From NCBI GenBank assembly GCA_965204735.1, contig OZ242008.1, forward strand, positions 1,856,001-1,920,000: a DNA stretch of 64,000 nt, given 5' to 3'. Within the stretch, counting starts at the first letter, position 1, and every line of letters begins with the position of its first letter. The stretch is from Longimicrobiales bacterium (GTDB lineage: Bacteria; Gemmatimonadota; Gemmatimonadetes; Longimicrobiales; Gaopeijiaceae). This document shows positions 1 through 9,193 of the stretch, in pieces. The notes under the pieces are model-generated. The model searched no databases. It was not told where the DNA came from and saw only the letters and a program-made list of their open reading frames with translations. The position numbers and the translations under genes were made by a program.

Positions 1-966
1 TGGGACCTGGACCACACGCCTTCGGTGTGCGCCGGCTGCAGCCAGGGCTGCAACATCGAGCTCCACACCCGAGACAACTTGGTCCAGCGCGTCAAGCCCC
101 GGGAGAACCAGGAGGTCAACGGCCACTGGATGTGCGACTACGGGCGCGAGAGCTACGAGTGGCTCAACCGCCCGGACCGGCTTGCCGCGCCGCTGGTGGG
201 CCGGGCGCCCGAACGGGCGCGCGCGGATTGGCGGGACGCCTTGGGCCGCCTTCGCCGACGGATCGAGGAGGTGCGGGGCGCGGAGGTGCTGGCGGTCGCT
301 TCGCCGCTGTGGCCGAACGAGGGACTTGCCGCGCTGGACGCGGTGGCCCGGGCCGCCGGGACGGTGAAGGGGCGGGTCTTCCGCTCGCCCCGCGCCCAGG
401 ACGAGGAGCCGCTGCCGGGCTTCCCCCTGCTGATCCGCCGGAGGGACCTGGCGCCCAACGTGGACGGCGCCGGGCTGCTGGGGTTCGAGCGCGCCGGCGA
501 CGACCAGGGCAAGGGCGGGCTCGAAGGAGCGGCGGACCACGACGGAGTCGTTCTGGTCCTGGGGGACGAGCTGCCGGACCAGCCGGAGCAGTTCGGCGCC
601 CGCGCCGCCCTCTTCGTCTACCTGGGGACCCACGACTCGCCCGCCGCCGCAAACGCGGACTTCGTGCTGCCGGTCACGACCTGCGCCGAGCAGGAGGGGA
701 CGTTCGTGAACGCGCAGGGAAGGGTGCAGCGCTTCCAGCAGGCCCTGCGGCCTCCGGCGACGGCCCGGCCGGCTTGGCTCGTGCTGGGGGCTCTCGCAGC
801 GGCGCTCGGCAGTGGTCGCCCCCACGCCCGCGCGGACGCGGCGTTCGCGTCGCTGGCCGCCGACCACCCGTCGTTCGCCGGACTGGAGTACGACGCCCTG
901 GGGCTGGCCGGAGCGCCCCTTGCGGCCCCGGCGTCGGCCGAGCCGGCCGGAGCGCGCGCTCCATGA
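1..966 (+). CDS. nuoG: NADH-quinone oxidoreductase subunit G, C-terminal part (5' truncated by window edge)
   Basis: Frame is open from base 1 (WDLDHTPSVCAGCSQGC...NGHWMCDYGR, Fe-S Cys motif) and has a C-terminal ADFVLPVTTCAEQEGTFVNAQGRVQ motif; its stop overlaps the nuoH ATG. Confidence 0.9.
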   Translation, partial: WDLDHTPSVCAGCSQGCNIELHTRDNLVQRVKPRENQEVNGHWMCDYGRESYEWLNRPDRLAAPLVGRAPERARADWRDALGRLRRRIEEVRGAEVLAVASPLWPNEGLAALDAVARAAGTVKGRVFRSPRAQDEEPLPGFPLLIRRRDLAPNVDGAGLLGFERAGDDQGKGGLEGAADHDGVVLVLGDELPDQPEQFGARAALFVYLGTHDSPAAANADFVLPVTTCAEQEGTFVNAQGRVQRFQQALRPPATARPAWLVLGALAAALGSGRPHARADAAFASLAADHPSFAGLEYDALGLAGAPLAAPASAEPAGARAP

Positions 967-2291
967 ACGAGATGCACCACTTCTCGCCGATGGCCTTCCT
1001 GGCGATCGGCACGGTCAAGGTCTTGCTGGTCTTCACGGTGGTGATGGTGGTGGTGGCCTACATGACCTTTGCGGAACGGCGGGTCTCCGCCTTCATCCAG
1101 GACCGCCTGGGCCCCAACCGGGTGGGTCCCCAAGGTCTCCTGCAGCCCATCGCCGACGGGATCAAGAACATCCTGAAGGAAGAGACGATGCCCGGGACGG
1201 CGTCCAAGTTCTACTTCGTTCTGGGGCCCGCGCTGGCGATCACGCCCGCGCTGGCGACGATTGCCGTCGTGCCCTTCGCCGCTCCCCTGCCCACGCCGTG
1301 GGGGACGGTGGACATGATCGTGGCCGACGTGCCGATAGGCGTCCTGTACGTCCTGGCCCTCTCTTCGCTGGCGGTGTACGGCTTGGTCCTGGGCGGGTGG
1401 GCGTCGAACAACAAGTACGCGTTCCTGGGAGGGCTGCGGGCGTCGGCCCAGATGGTGTCCTACGAAGTGGCCTTGGGACTGAGCCTGGTCGCCGTGCTCC
1501 TCCTTGCCGGCAACGTGACCCTGACCGAGGTGGTGGCGAGGCAGCAGCAGCTGGACTTCTGGTTCGCGTTCCCCCTCTCCCTGGCGTTCGTCTTCTTCGT
1601 CGTGTCGGCGTTCGCCGAGACGAACCGCCTGCCCTTCGACATGCCCGAAGCGGAGTCGGAGCTGATCACCGGATACCACACCGAGTACTCGTCCATGAAG
1701 TTCTCCATGTTCTTCATCGCCGAGTACGCCCACGTGGTGACGGCGTCGGCGCTGATGGCCACCCTCTTCTTCGGCGGCTGGGACGTTCCCTTCTGGACCG
1801 GCGACGACATGTTCCACCACCAGGGCGCGCTGATTCGAGGCTTCGACGACGCCGGGGCGCCGATCCCCGCCACGCCCAGCGTCCTGGTGACCCTTCTGAC
1901 GCTGGCGTCGTTCTGCGCCAAGACGGCGTTCTTCCTCCTTCTCTTCATATGGGTGCGGTGGACGTTGCCCCGCTTCCGCTACGACCAGGTGATGCACCTG
2001 GGGTGGAAGGTCCTGCTTCCGGCAGCCCTGGGCTACGTGGTGCTCGTCGCGGGGACCATGCTGGTGCTCGACCAGCTGGGCGTGCCCTTCGGGTTCGCCT
2101 ACGGGCTGGCCCTTACCGGCGTGAGCGGGCTGGCCACCTTCGCGTTCCTCTTCGTCGTGGACCGGGACCGGATCATCGGCGGCGCCCATCGGCGGCGCCC
2201 GGGGCGGCCTGCCGCCTCTCCCGCGCCCGAACGAACCCCGACGGCGCCCGCTGCTCCCGACGGCGCCCCTGCAAGCTGGAAAGGCGGCTGA
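963..2291 (+). CDS. nuoH: NADH-quinone oxidoreductase subunit H
   Basis: Motifs ERRVSAFIQDRLGPNRVGP, AETNRLPFDMPEAESEL and RWTLPRFRYDQ; ATGA overlap with nuoG gives the start at 963. Confidence 0.97.
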   Translation: MNEMHHFSPMAFLAIGTVKVLLVFTVVMVVVAYMTFAERRVSAFIQDRLGPNRVGPQGLLQPIADGIKNILKEETMPGTASKFYFVLGPALAITPALATIAVVPFAAPLPTPWGTVDMIVADVPIGVLYVLALSSLAVYGLVLGGWASNNKYAFLGGLRASAQMVSYEVALGLSLVAVLLLAGNVTLTEVVARQQQLDFWFAFPLSLAFVFFVVSAFAETNRLPFDMPEAESELITGYHTEYSSMKFSMFFIAEYAHVVTASALMATLFFGGWDVPFWTGDDMFHHQGALIRGFDDAGAPIPATPSVLVTLLTLASFCAKTAFFLLLFIWVRWTLPRFRYDQVMHLGWKVLLPAALGYVVLVAGTMLVLDQLGVPFGFAYGLALTGVSGLATFAFLFVVDRDRIIGGAHRRRPGRPAASPAPERTPTAPAAPDGAPASWKGG

Positions 2292-2298
2292 CGGCAAG

Positions 2299-2799
2299 AT
2301 GGCGATCTCGGTCAAGGTCATGGAGCGCCCCGAGGCGGGCCGCACGTCGTACATGCGAGCCACCCTCAAGGGAATGAGCCTCACCTTCAAGCACATGGTG
2401 CGTCCCAAGTCGGTGACGCTCGAGTACCCGGAGGAGCAGCCCTCGCTCCATCCGCGCTGGCGGGGCACCCACCGCATGGAGGTCCACGCCGACGGACGGC
2501 CCAAGTGCGTGGCGTGCGGCCTCTGTCCCACCGTGTGCCCGGCCAACTGCATCCGGCTGGTGGGCGGCGAGGACGACCAGGGCAACCGCTACCCCGTCGT
2601 CTACGAGATCGACGAGTTCCGCTGCATCTTCTGCGGCATGTGCCAGGAGGTGTGCCCGGTGGAGGCGATCCACGTGGGTCGGCACTTCGAGAACGCCGAG
2701 TACACGCGGGACCGCTTCGTGTACGACCTGGACCGGCTCATGGAGCAGGACCACCCCACGACCCTTCTCTGGGACCCTTCGGACCCCCGCTCCGAATGA
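2299..2799 (+). CDS. nuoI: NADH-quinone oxidoreductase subunit I
   Basis: Two CxxCxxCxxxCP ferredoxin motifs; operon position. Confidence 0.97.
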   Translation: MAISVKVMERPEAGRTSYMRATLKGMSLTFKHMVRPKSVTLEYPEEQPSLHPRWRGTHRMEVHADGRPKCVACGLCPTVCPANCIRLVGGEDDQGNRYPVVYEIDEFRCIFCGMCQEVCPVEAIHVGRHFENAEYTRDRFVYDLDRLMEQDHPTTLLWDPSDPRSE

Positions 2800-3317
2800 C
2801 CTGGACCCTCTTCGGCCTCTTCGCGGTGACGGCGACGTGCAGCGCCGTCGGCGTCGTGATCGGGCGCAACCCGGTGGCGAGCCTCCTCTTCATGATCGCC
2901 ACCCTGGCCTCGGTGGCGGGCATCTACGTGCTCCTCGAGGCCCACTTCCTGGCCGCCGTGCAGGTGATCGTCTACGCCGGGGCGATCATGGTCCTCTTCC
3001 TCTTCGTGATCATGCTCCTGAACCTGGGCCACGACTACCAGGCCGACGTGAAGTTCGGGCTCTGGTTCCTTCTGGCCTTCGTGGTCGCGGGCCTCACCGC
3101 CGGCGCCCTGGCCACCCGCTTCGCCGATGCCGCCGATGCCGGCTTCGGGGACGGCGCCGCGGGCGAGGCGATCGACGCGGCCGTCCGGGAGAAGGGGGCG
3201 GTCGGCGCCATCGCCGATCCCCTCTTCACCGACTACGTGATCGCCTTCGAGCTCACCGGACTGCTCCTGCTGGTGGCCGTCGTGGCCGCCGTCGCCCTCG
3301 CCAAGCCCCGCAACTGA
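2796..3317 (+). CDS. nuoJ: NADH-quinone oxidoreductase subunit J
   Basis: [25 protein letters not shown] motif; ATGA overlap with nuoI. Confidence 0.96.
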   Translation: MTWTLFGLFAVTATCSAVGVVIGRNPVASLLFMIATLASVAGIYVLLEAHFLAAVQVIVYAGAIMVLFLFVIMLLNLGHDYQADVKFGLWFLLAFVVAGLTAGALATRFADAADAGFGDGAAGEAIDAAVREKGAVGAIADPLFTDYVIAFELTGLLLLVAVVAAVALAKPRN

Positions 3318-3327
3318 CGTGGGAACG

Positions 3328-3624
3328 ATGCTGGTCGAACCTGCCCTGATCCTGAGCGCAGTGCTCTTCGTGATCGGTTCGTTGGGCGTCGTCGTGCGCC
3401 GCAACGCCATCATCGTCTTTCTGTGCATCGAGCTTCAGCTGAACGCCGTCAACCTGGCCTTCGTGGCGCTCTCCCGTCACGTCGGGATCGAAGGACAGGT
3501 CTTCGTGTTCTTCGTCATGACCGTGGCCGCCGCCGAGGCCGCCGTCGGGCTGGCGATCATCATCTCCATCTTCCGCCACTACCAGACGGTGGGCGTGGAG
3601 AAGTTCAGCCTGCTGAGATGGTAG
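3328..3624 (+). CDS. nuoK: NADH-quinone oxidoreductase subunit K
   Basis: [17 protein letters not shown] and [12 protein letters not shown] motifs; alternative GTG start at 3319. Confidence 0.96.
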   Translation: MLVEPALILSAVLFVIGSLGVVVRRNAIIVFLCIELQLNAVNLAFVALSRHVGIEGQVFVFFVMTVAAAEAAVGLAIIISIFRHYQTVGVEKFSLLRW

Positions 3625-3637
3625 CTCGACGCCCTCC

Positions 3638-5887
3638 GTGGAAGCCGTGCTGACCTCCGTTCTCCCGCCCCTGGGAGCGGCGGCCGCGGGCGAATTGGCC
3701 GTGGGAGCGGCGGCCGAGGTCGAGTCGGCCGTGCGGGCCATGGCGGCCGTTGCGCCCCAGGGGGCCGCCCACTGGGAGCCCTTCCTGCCCGGACTGGTGG
3801 TCCTCCTGCCCCTCCTGGGGTTCGTCGCCAACGCGCTCCTGGCTCTCTCGGCGTCCCGCCGCTCCTCCGCCGCGGTGCGAGCGGGGAAGGAGTGGGACCC
3901 CTTCGCCGGCGCGGTTCGGCCCCGAACCCACACGCTGCCCACCTGGATCGGCCCCGGCGTGATGGCGGGGGCCTTCGTCCTGGCGGCGGTGAACTTCGCG
4001 ACGGCCCTGGGGGCGCACCTGGAGGAGCCGGTGATCGCCGGTCCCTACTGGACCTGGATCGCCACCGAGACGCTGCGCGTCGACGCCGCCCTCCACTTGG
4101 ACCCCCTCTCGCTGGCGATGATGCTCGTGGTGACGGGGGTCGGCTTCCTCATCCACGTCTTCAGCGTGGGCTACATGAGGGACGACCCGGGCTACCCCCG
4201 CTACTTCGCCTACCTCAACCTCTTCGTCTTCTTCATGCTGGTCCTGGTCCTGGGGTCCGGCTACGCCACGATGTTCGTGGGATGGGAGGGCGTCGGGCTG
4301 TGCAGCTACCTGTTGATCGGCTACTGGTTCAGCGACCGGGAGAAGTCCGACGCGGGCAAGAAGGCGTTCATCGTCAACCGAATCGGCGACTTCGGCTTCC
4401 TGCTGGCGGTCTTCCTGATCTTCCAGGCGTTCGGGACGCTGGACTTCGTGTCGGTGGCGGCCGGGGCGGAAGGAGAGTTCGCCTACGGCGGCGCGACCGT
4501 CACGGCGATCACCCTCCTGCTCATGCTGGGCGCGGCGGGGAAGAGCGCACAGGTGCCGCTCCACGTGTGGCTGCCCGACGCCATGGCGGGACCGACGCCC
4601 GTGTCGGCGCTGATCCACGCGGCCACCATGGTCACCGCCGGGGTGTACATGGTCGTGCGCTCGTCGGCCCTCTACGCGCTGGCTCCCGCGAGCCAGGCGG
4701 TGGTGGCGGGGGTCGGCGTGCTCACGGCGTTCGTGGCGGCGACGATCGCCCTCAAGCAGCACGACATCAAGAAGGTGCTGGCCTACTCCACGGTCTCCCA
4801 GCTGGGCTTCATGTTCCTGGCCGCGGGAGTGGGAGCGTACGCGGCCGCGGTCTTCCACTTGGTGACCCATGCCTTCTTCAAGGCGCTTCTCTTCCTGGGC
4901 GCCGGGGCGGTGATCCACGCCATGCACCATGCGACGGCCCACGGAGAAGAAGGCCACGGCGCGCCGGACCCCCAGGACATGCGGAACATGGGAGGACTGC
5001 GGAAGCGCATGCCCGTCACCTGGGCCGTCATGGGGGTTGCCACGCTGGCCATTGCCGGGATATGGCCCTTCGCCGGCTTCTTCTCGAAGGACGAGATCAT
5101 CTGGTACGCGGGCGCGTGGGCCGGCGCGGAGTCGAACGCCTTCGGAGGACTCTACCAGGCGTACTGGGCGCTGGCCCTGGTCACGGCCCTCCTCACCGCC
5201 TTCTACATGGCCCGCCTGATGGTCATGACCTTCCACGGGGCCAGCCGCGCGGGACCGGGCGCGTCGCGCCTCCACGAGGCTCCCCGCGTCATGACCGTGC
5301 CGCTGGTGGTCCTGGCCGCGCTCTCGGTGGTGGGCGGCTTCCTCAACGTGCCCGAGGCGCTGCACGGGACCGTCCTGGGCCTCTTCGGGGCCGTCCCCGT
5401 CGAGTGGCTGCACCACTGGCTGGGACCTGTGATCCACGCCGCCGAGGAGATTCAGGTCGGCGCCGTTGGGGCGGCCTCCAAGTCGGCGCCCGTCGGCGGC
5501 GGCGAGTTCGCCTGGGCCCTCGCGTCCACCGCCGCGGCTGCGCTCGTGGTGGTCGCCACCTTCCGGGTCTTGGGGCGCCGCGCCTACGCGACGGCCGCCG
5601 ACGATCCGGCGCCCGCCGGCCCGGTCGTCCGATTCCTGCACCGCAAGTGGTACTTCGACGAAGCCTACGACCGAATCGTGGTTCGCCCCGTTCTGGCCGC
5701 CTCCCGCTGGTGCTGGAAGGTCGTGGACGAGCGCGTGATCGACGGCTCGGTCAACTTCACGGCGCAGTTCACCCGAGTCGTCGGCTGGATCGCAAGCATC
5801 TTCCAGACCGGTCAGGTGAACATGTACGCATTCGTGCTGGCCCTGGGCGTCCTCCTCGTCCTCGGGGCGGCGGTCCTCCTGCCTTGA
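3638..5887 (+). CDS. nuoL: NADH-quinone oxidoreductase subunit L
   Basis: GWEGVGLCSYLLIG, GKSAQVPLHVWLPDAMAGPTPVSALIHAATMV and THAFFKALLFL motifs; exact start uncertain. Confidence 0.97.
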   Translation: MEAVLTSVLPPLGAAAAGELAVGAAAEVESAVRAMAAVAPQGAAHWEPFLPGLVVLLPLLGFVANALLALSASRRSSAAVRAGKEWDPFAGAVRPRTHTLPTWIGPGVMAGAFVLAAVNFATALGAHLEEPVIAGPYWTWIATETLRVDAALHLDPLSLAMMLVVTGVGFLIHVFSVGYMRDDPGYPRYFAYLNLFVFFMLVLVLGSGYATMFVGWEGVGLCSYLLIGYWFSDREKSDAGKKAFIVNRIGDFGFLLAVFLIFQAFGTLDFVSVAAGAEGEFAYGGATVTAITLLLMLGAAGKSAQVPLHVWLPDAMAGPTPVSALIHAATMVTAGVYMVVRSSALYALAPASQAVVAGVGVLTAFVAATIALKQHDIKKVLAYSTVSQLGFMFLAAGVGAYAAAVFHLVTHAFFKALLFLGAGAVIHAMHHATAHGEEGHGAPDPQDMRNMGGLRKRMPVTWAVMGVATLAIAGIWPFAGFFSKDEIIWYAGAWAGAESNAFGGLYQAYWALALVTALLTAFYMARLMVMTFHGASRAGPGASRLHEAPRVMTVPLVVLAALSVVGGFLNVPEALHGTVLGLFGAVPVEWLHHWLGPVIHAAEEIQVGAVGAASKSAPVGGGEFAWALASTAAAALVVVATFRVLGRRAYATAADDPAPAGPVVRFLHRKWYFDEAYDRIVVRPVLAASRWCWKVVDERVIDGSVNFTAQFTRVVGWIASIFQTGQVNMYAFVLALGVLLVLGAAVLLP

Positions 5888-5891
5888 CGCC

Positions 5892-7691
5892 ATGACCGAC
5901 TTCCTCGCGTCGTTCGGGTACGAAAGCTGGATCCTCCACGCGCTGGTGTGGGGACCCCTCGCCGGAGCGGTTCACGTCCTGGCGGCGCCCAAGGAGCGGG
6001 CCAAGCGCCTGGCGTTTCGGTGGTCGGCCGTTCTCTTCGTGCTCAGCTCGGGTCTCTGGTGGGCTTACGACCCGACCGGGGGCGGGTTCGCCTTCGCGTC
6101 CTCGGCGCCCTGGATACCGGCCTGGGGCGTGGAGTACGCGCTTGGGCTGGACGGGATCTCCCTGTTCATGGTGATCCTGACCACGTTCACGACCCCCATC
6201 GCGATCCTGGGCTCCTTCAATTACGTGACCAAGCGGCGGAAGCCCTTCTACGCCTTGATGCTGCTGCTGGAGACCGGCGTCGTCGGCGTCTTTCTGGCCA
6301 CCGACCTGGTGCTCTTCTACGTCTTCTTCGAGCTCACCCTGGTTCCCATGTACTTCATCGTGGGGATATGGGGCGGCGAGAGGCGGATCTACGCCGCGGT
6401 GAAGTTCTTCCTGTACACGGCGGTGGGGTCGTTGCTGATGCTGGTGGCGATCCTCTACATGTACTTCGCCGGGGGCTCGGGCTCGTTCTCCTACGACGCC
6501 TTCCTGGGAACCGGCCTGGACCTGCGGGAGCAGCTCTGGCTCTTCGCCGCCTTCGCTCTGGCGTTCGGGATCAAGGTCCCCGTCTTCCCGCTCCACACTT
6601 GGCTCCCCGACGCCCACGTGGAGGCGCCCACCCCCGGCTCGGTGATCCTGGCGGCGGTGCTGCTGAAGATGGGCGCCTACGGCTTCCTTCGCTTTCTGCT
6701 CCCGTTCTTCCCCGAGGCCGCCCAGCACCCGGTGGTGGTCGCGGTCATGCTGACACTGGGCGTCGTGGGGATCGTCTACGCGGCGTGGGTCGCCGCCGTC
6801 CAGCCCGACGCCAAGAAGCTGGTCGCGTACACCTCCGTGGCCCACATGGGGTTCGTGGTGATCGGCGTCTTCGCCCTCACCGTCAACGGCCTCCAGGGCG
6901 GGCTCGTGGTGATGATCAGCCACGGCGTCTCCACCGGCGCCCTCTTCCTTCTGCTGGGCATGATGTACGAGCGGCGCCGAACCCGGCTGATCGAGGAGTT
7001 CGGCGGCATCGGACGGACCGCGCCGTTCTTCGCCACCGCCTTCGTGATCACGGCGCTGGCGTCGATCGGGTTGCCCGGCACCAGCGGCTTCGTGGGCGAG
7101 TTCCTGGCGCTGCTGGGCGCCTTCGAGACCCGGCCGGCGGCGGCCGTCGCGGCGACGACGGGGGTCGTCTTCGCAGCCTACTACATGCTTCCGATGGTCC
7201 AGCGGCTCCTCTTCAACCCGCCCGCCGATCCTGCGAACCGAAGCTTCCCCGACCTCTCCCGGCGCGAGACGGCGATCATGGCGCCGTTGCTGGCCCTGAT
7301 GATATGGATCGGCGTCCATCCGACGCCCTTCCTGGACCGGATGGGTCCCAGCGTGGACCGGGTCCTGGAGCGGGTGGAGGCTGCCCGCACCGGCGCGGCC
7401 GCGCCGGCCATGCCGTCGGTCGGCCAGCTGGCGCGGGTCCAGGCGGTCGAGCCCGCGGAGCCGCCCGCCGAGGCGCCGATGCAGTCCGTGCATCCGCCCG
7501 AGGCCGCCGGTCCCCTTGCCCTCGCCGAGTCGCCGGCGCTGGTCGATCCGCTGACGCTGGCGGCTCCGCTGGTGCTGGCCGCTCCGCCGGAGCTGATCGA
7601 TCCGCCAGCGCTGGCCGCTCCGTCCACGCTGGCCGCTCCGTTCGCGAGGAACGATCCGCCCGCGTTCCTCCGCGACGCGAACGACGAGTGA
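5892..7691 (+). CDS. nuoM: NADH-quinone oxidoreductase subunit M with Pro/Ala repeat C-terminal extension
   Basis: KVPVFPLHTWLPDAHVEAPTPGSVILA and LPGTSGFVGEF motifs. Confidence 0.97.
   Translation: MTDFLASFGYESWILHALVWGPLAGAVHVLAAPKERAKRLAFRWSAVLFVLSSGLWWAYDPTGGGFAFASSAPWIPAWGVEYALGLDGISLFMVILTTFTTPIAILGSFNYVTKRRKPFYALMLLLETGVVGVFLATDLVLFYVFFELTLVPMYFIVGIWGGERRIYAAVKFFLYTAVGSLLMLVAILYMYFAGGSGSFSYDAFLGTGLDLREQLWLFAAFALAFGIKVPVFPLHTWLPDAHVEAPTPGSVILAAVLLKMGAYGFLRFLLPFFPEAAQHPVVVAVMLTLGVVGIVYAAWVAAVQPDAKKLVAYTSVAHMGFVVIGVFALTVNGLQGGLVVMISHGVSTGALFLLLGMMYERRRTRLIEEFGGIGRTAPFFATAFVITALASIGLPGTSGFVGEFLALLGAFETRPAAAVAATTGVVFAAYYMLPMVQRLLFNPPADPANRSFPDLSRRETAIMAPLLALMIWIGVHPTPFLDRMGPSVDRVLERVEAARTGAAAPAMPSVGQLARVQAVEPAEPPAEAPMQSVHPPEAAGPLALAESPALVDPLTLAAPLVLAAPPELIDPPALAAPSTLAAPFARNDPPAFLRDANDE
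7476..7673 (+). repeat. Degenerate 18-bp tandem repeat (about 11 units) in the nuoM 3' extension
   Basis: Units such as ccgctgacgctggcggct / ccgctggtgctggccgct / ccgccagcgctggccgct / ccgtccacgctggccgct at exact 18-nt period, encoding P-x-x-L-A-A-like hexapeptides. Confidence 0.75.
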
Positions 7692-7696
7692 CCCCG

Positions 7697-9193
7697 ATGC
7701 TTATCGACTACTCCTCGGGCTTCCACTACTTGCTGGCGATGGCACCGGAGGCTGTGCTCGCGACCACGGGCATGGCGGTGCTCCTGGCGGGCGTCTCCGG
7801 GAAGCGGCAGAACGGGCCGGGCCAGGAGCTGGGCTGGATTGCGCTGGCCGGCTTGGCGGCGGCTGCCGTCGCCAACGGCTGGCTGTACTCGGGAGCGACG
7901 GAAGACGGGACCGACGCGATGATCGCCGTGGACCGGCTCCGCCTTTTCGCCAACTGGGTCTTCCTCCTGGGCGCCGCCTTCGCCGTGGTGGTCTCCCTGG
8001 ACTACGTGGCTCGGCGCCGGCTCCAGGCCGGCGAGTACTACTCGCTGATCCTCTTCGCCGTGGTCGGGATGATGTTCATGGCGTCGGCCCGGGACCTGAT
8101 GATCGTCTTCCTGGGCCTGGAGCTGATGTCCATGGCCGTGTACGCCCTGGCGGCGTTCAACCGTCGCGACCTGCGCTCGGCGGAAGCGGGTCTGAAGTAC
8201 TTCCTCCTGGGCGCCTTCGCCAGCGGCTTCCTCCTCTTCGGGATCGCGCTGGTCTACGGAGCGGCGGGGAGCGCCAACATCCAGGAGATCGCGATCGCGG
8301 TGCGCGAGGGCACGGCTTCTCGGGGCCTGCTGCTGCCGGGCGTGGCGCTGCTGGCGGCCGGCTTCGCCTTCAAGGTGTCGGCGGTGCCGTTCCACATGTG
8401 GACCCCGGACGTCTACCAAGGGGCGCCCACGCCGGTCACTGCCTTCATGGCCGCTTCGGTGAAGTCCGCAGCCTTCGTCGCGTTCCTGCGGATATTCATC
8501 GCAGGGCTGGGCGGCGCGTCGGCGGAGTGGGCGCCGATCCTCTGGTGGCTGTCGGCGGCGACGATGGTGGTCGGCAACCTGATCGCCGTCGTCCAGTCGG
8601 ACGTCAAGCGAATGCTGGCCTACTCCTCCATCGCCCACGGCGGCTACCTCCTCGTGGCATTGGTGGCCGGCAACGACGCGGCGACAGGGGGGCTCCTCTT
8701 CTACCTCCTCGTCTACACGGTGATGAACGTGGGCGCCTTCGCCGTCCTGATCGCGGCGGGCCGCCGCTCCGATCGCGGCTCGAAGATCGAGGAGTTCGCC
8801 GGCTTCGGCTGGCGCAACCCGCTCCTGGGCGTCCTCATGACCCTCTTCCTGCTCTCCCTTGCCGGCTTCCCGGGGACGGGCGGCTTCATGGCCAAGCTCT
8901 TCCTCCTCCAGGGCGCGGCGGAAGCGCAGCTGTGGGTTCTCTCGGTGATCCTCGTCCTCACGACGGTGGTGTCCTACTGGTACTACCTGCGGGTGGCTTG
9001 GTACATGTGGATGAAGGACGCCCCGGAGGCGACGGGGACGGTTCCCGAGCGCCTCGCCGTGCCCATGGCCGCCCATGTGGTCCTGCTGGTGGGCGCCGGA
9101 GTGGTGCTGTTGACGGGCGTCTTCCCCGGCGCCCCCCTGGAGCTGGCGATGGAGGCGGTGCACGGCTTGGCAGAGAGCGTTGCCGGGCACTGA
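7697..9193 (+). CDS. nuoN: NADH-quinone oxidoreductase subunit N
   Basis: SAEAGLKYFLLG, FKVSAVPFHMWTPDVYQGAPTP and KRMLAYSSIAHGGY motifs; alternative GTG start at 7688. Confidence 0.96.
   Translation: MLIDYSSGFHYLLAMAPEAVLATTGMAVLLAGVSGKRQNGPGQELGWIALAGLAAAAVANGWLYSGATEDGTDAMIAVDRLRLFANWVFLLGAAFAVVVSLDYVARRRLQAGEYYSLILFAVVGMMFMASARDLMIVFLGLELMSMAVYALAAFNRRDLRSAEAGLKYFLLGAFASGFLLFGIALVYGAAGSANIQEIAIAVREGTASRGLLLPGVALLAAGFAFKVSAVPFHMWTPDVYQGAPTPVTAFMAASVKSAAFVAFLRIFIAGLGGASAEWAPILWWLSAATMVVGNLIAVVQSDVKRMLAYSSIAHGGYLLVALVAGNDAATGGLLFYLLVYTVMNVGAFAVLIAAGRRSDRGSKIEEFAGFGWRNPLLGVLMTLFLLSLAGFPGTGGFMAKLFLLQGAAEAQLWVLSVILVLTTVVSYWYYLRVAWYMWMKDAPEATGTVPERLAVPMAAHVVLLVGAGVVLLTGVFPGAPLELAMEAVHGLAESVAGH

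Noticed and set aside
7476..7673. Repeat array as CRISPR
   Set aside because: In-frame degenerate coding repeats with no spacers and no cas genes.
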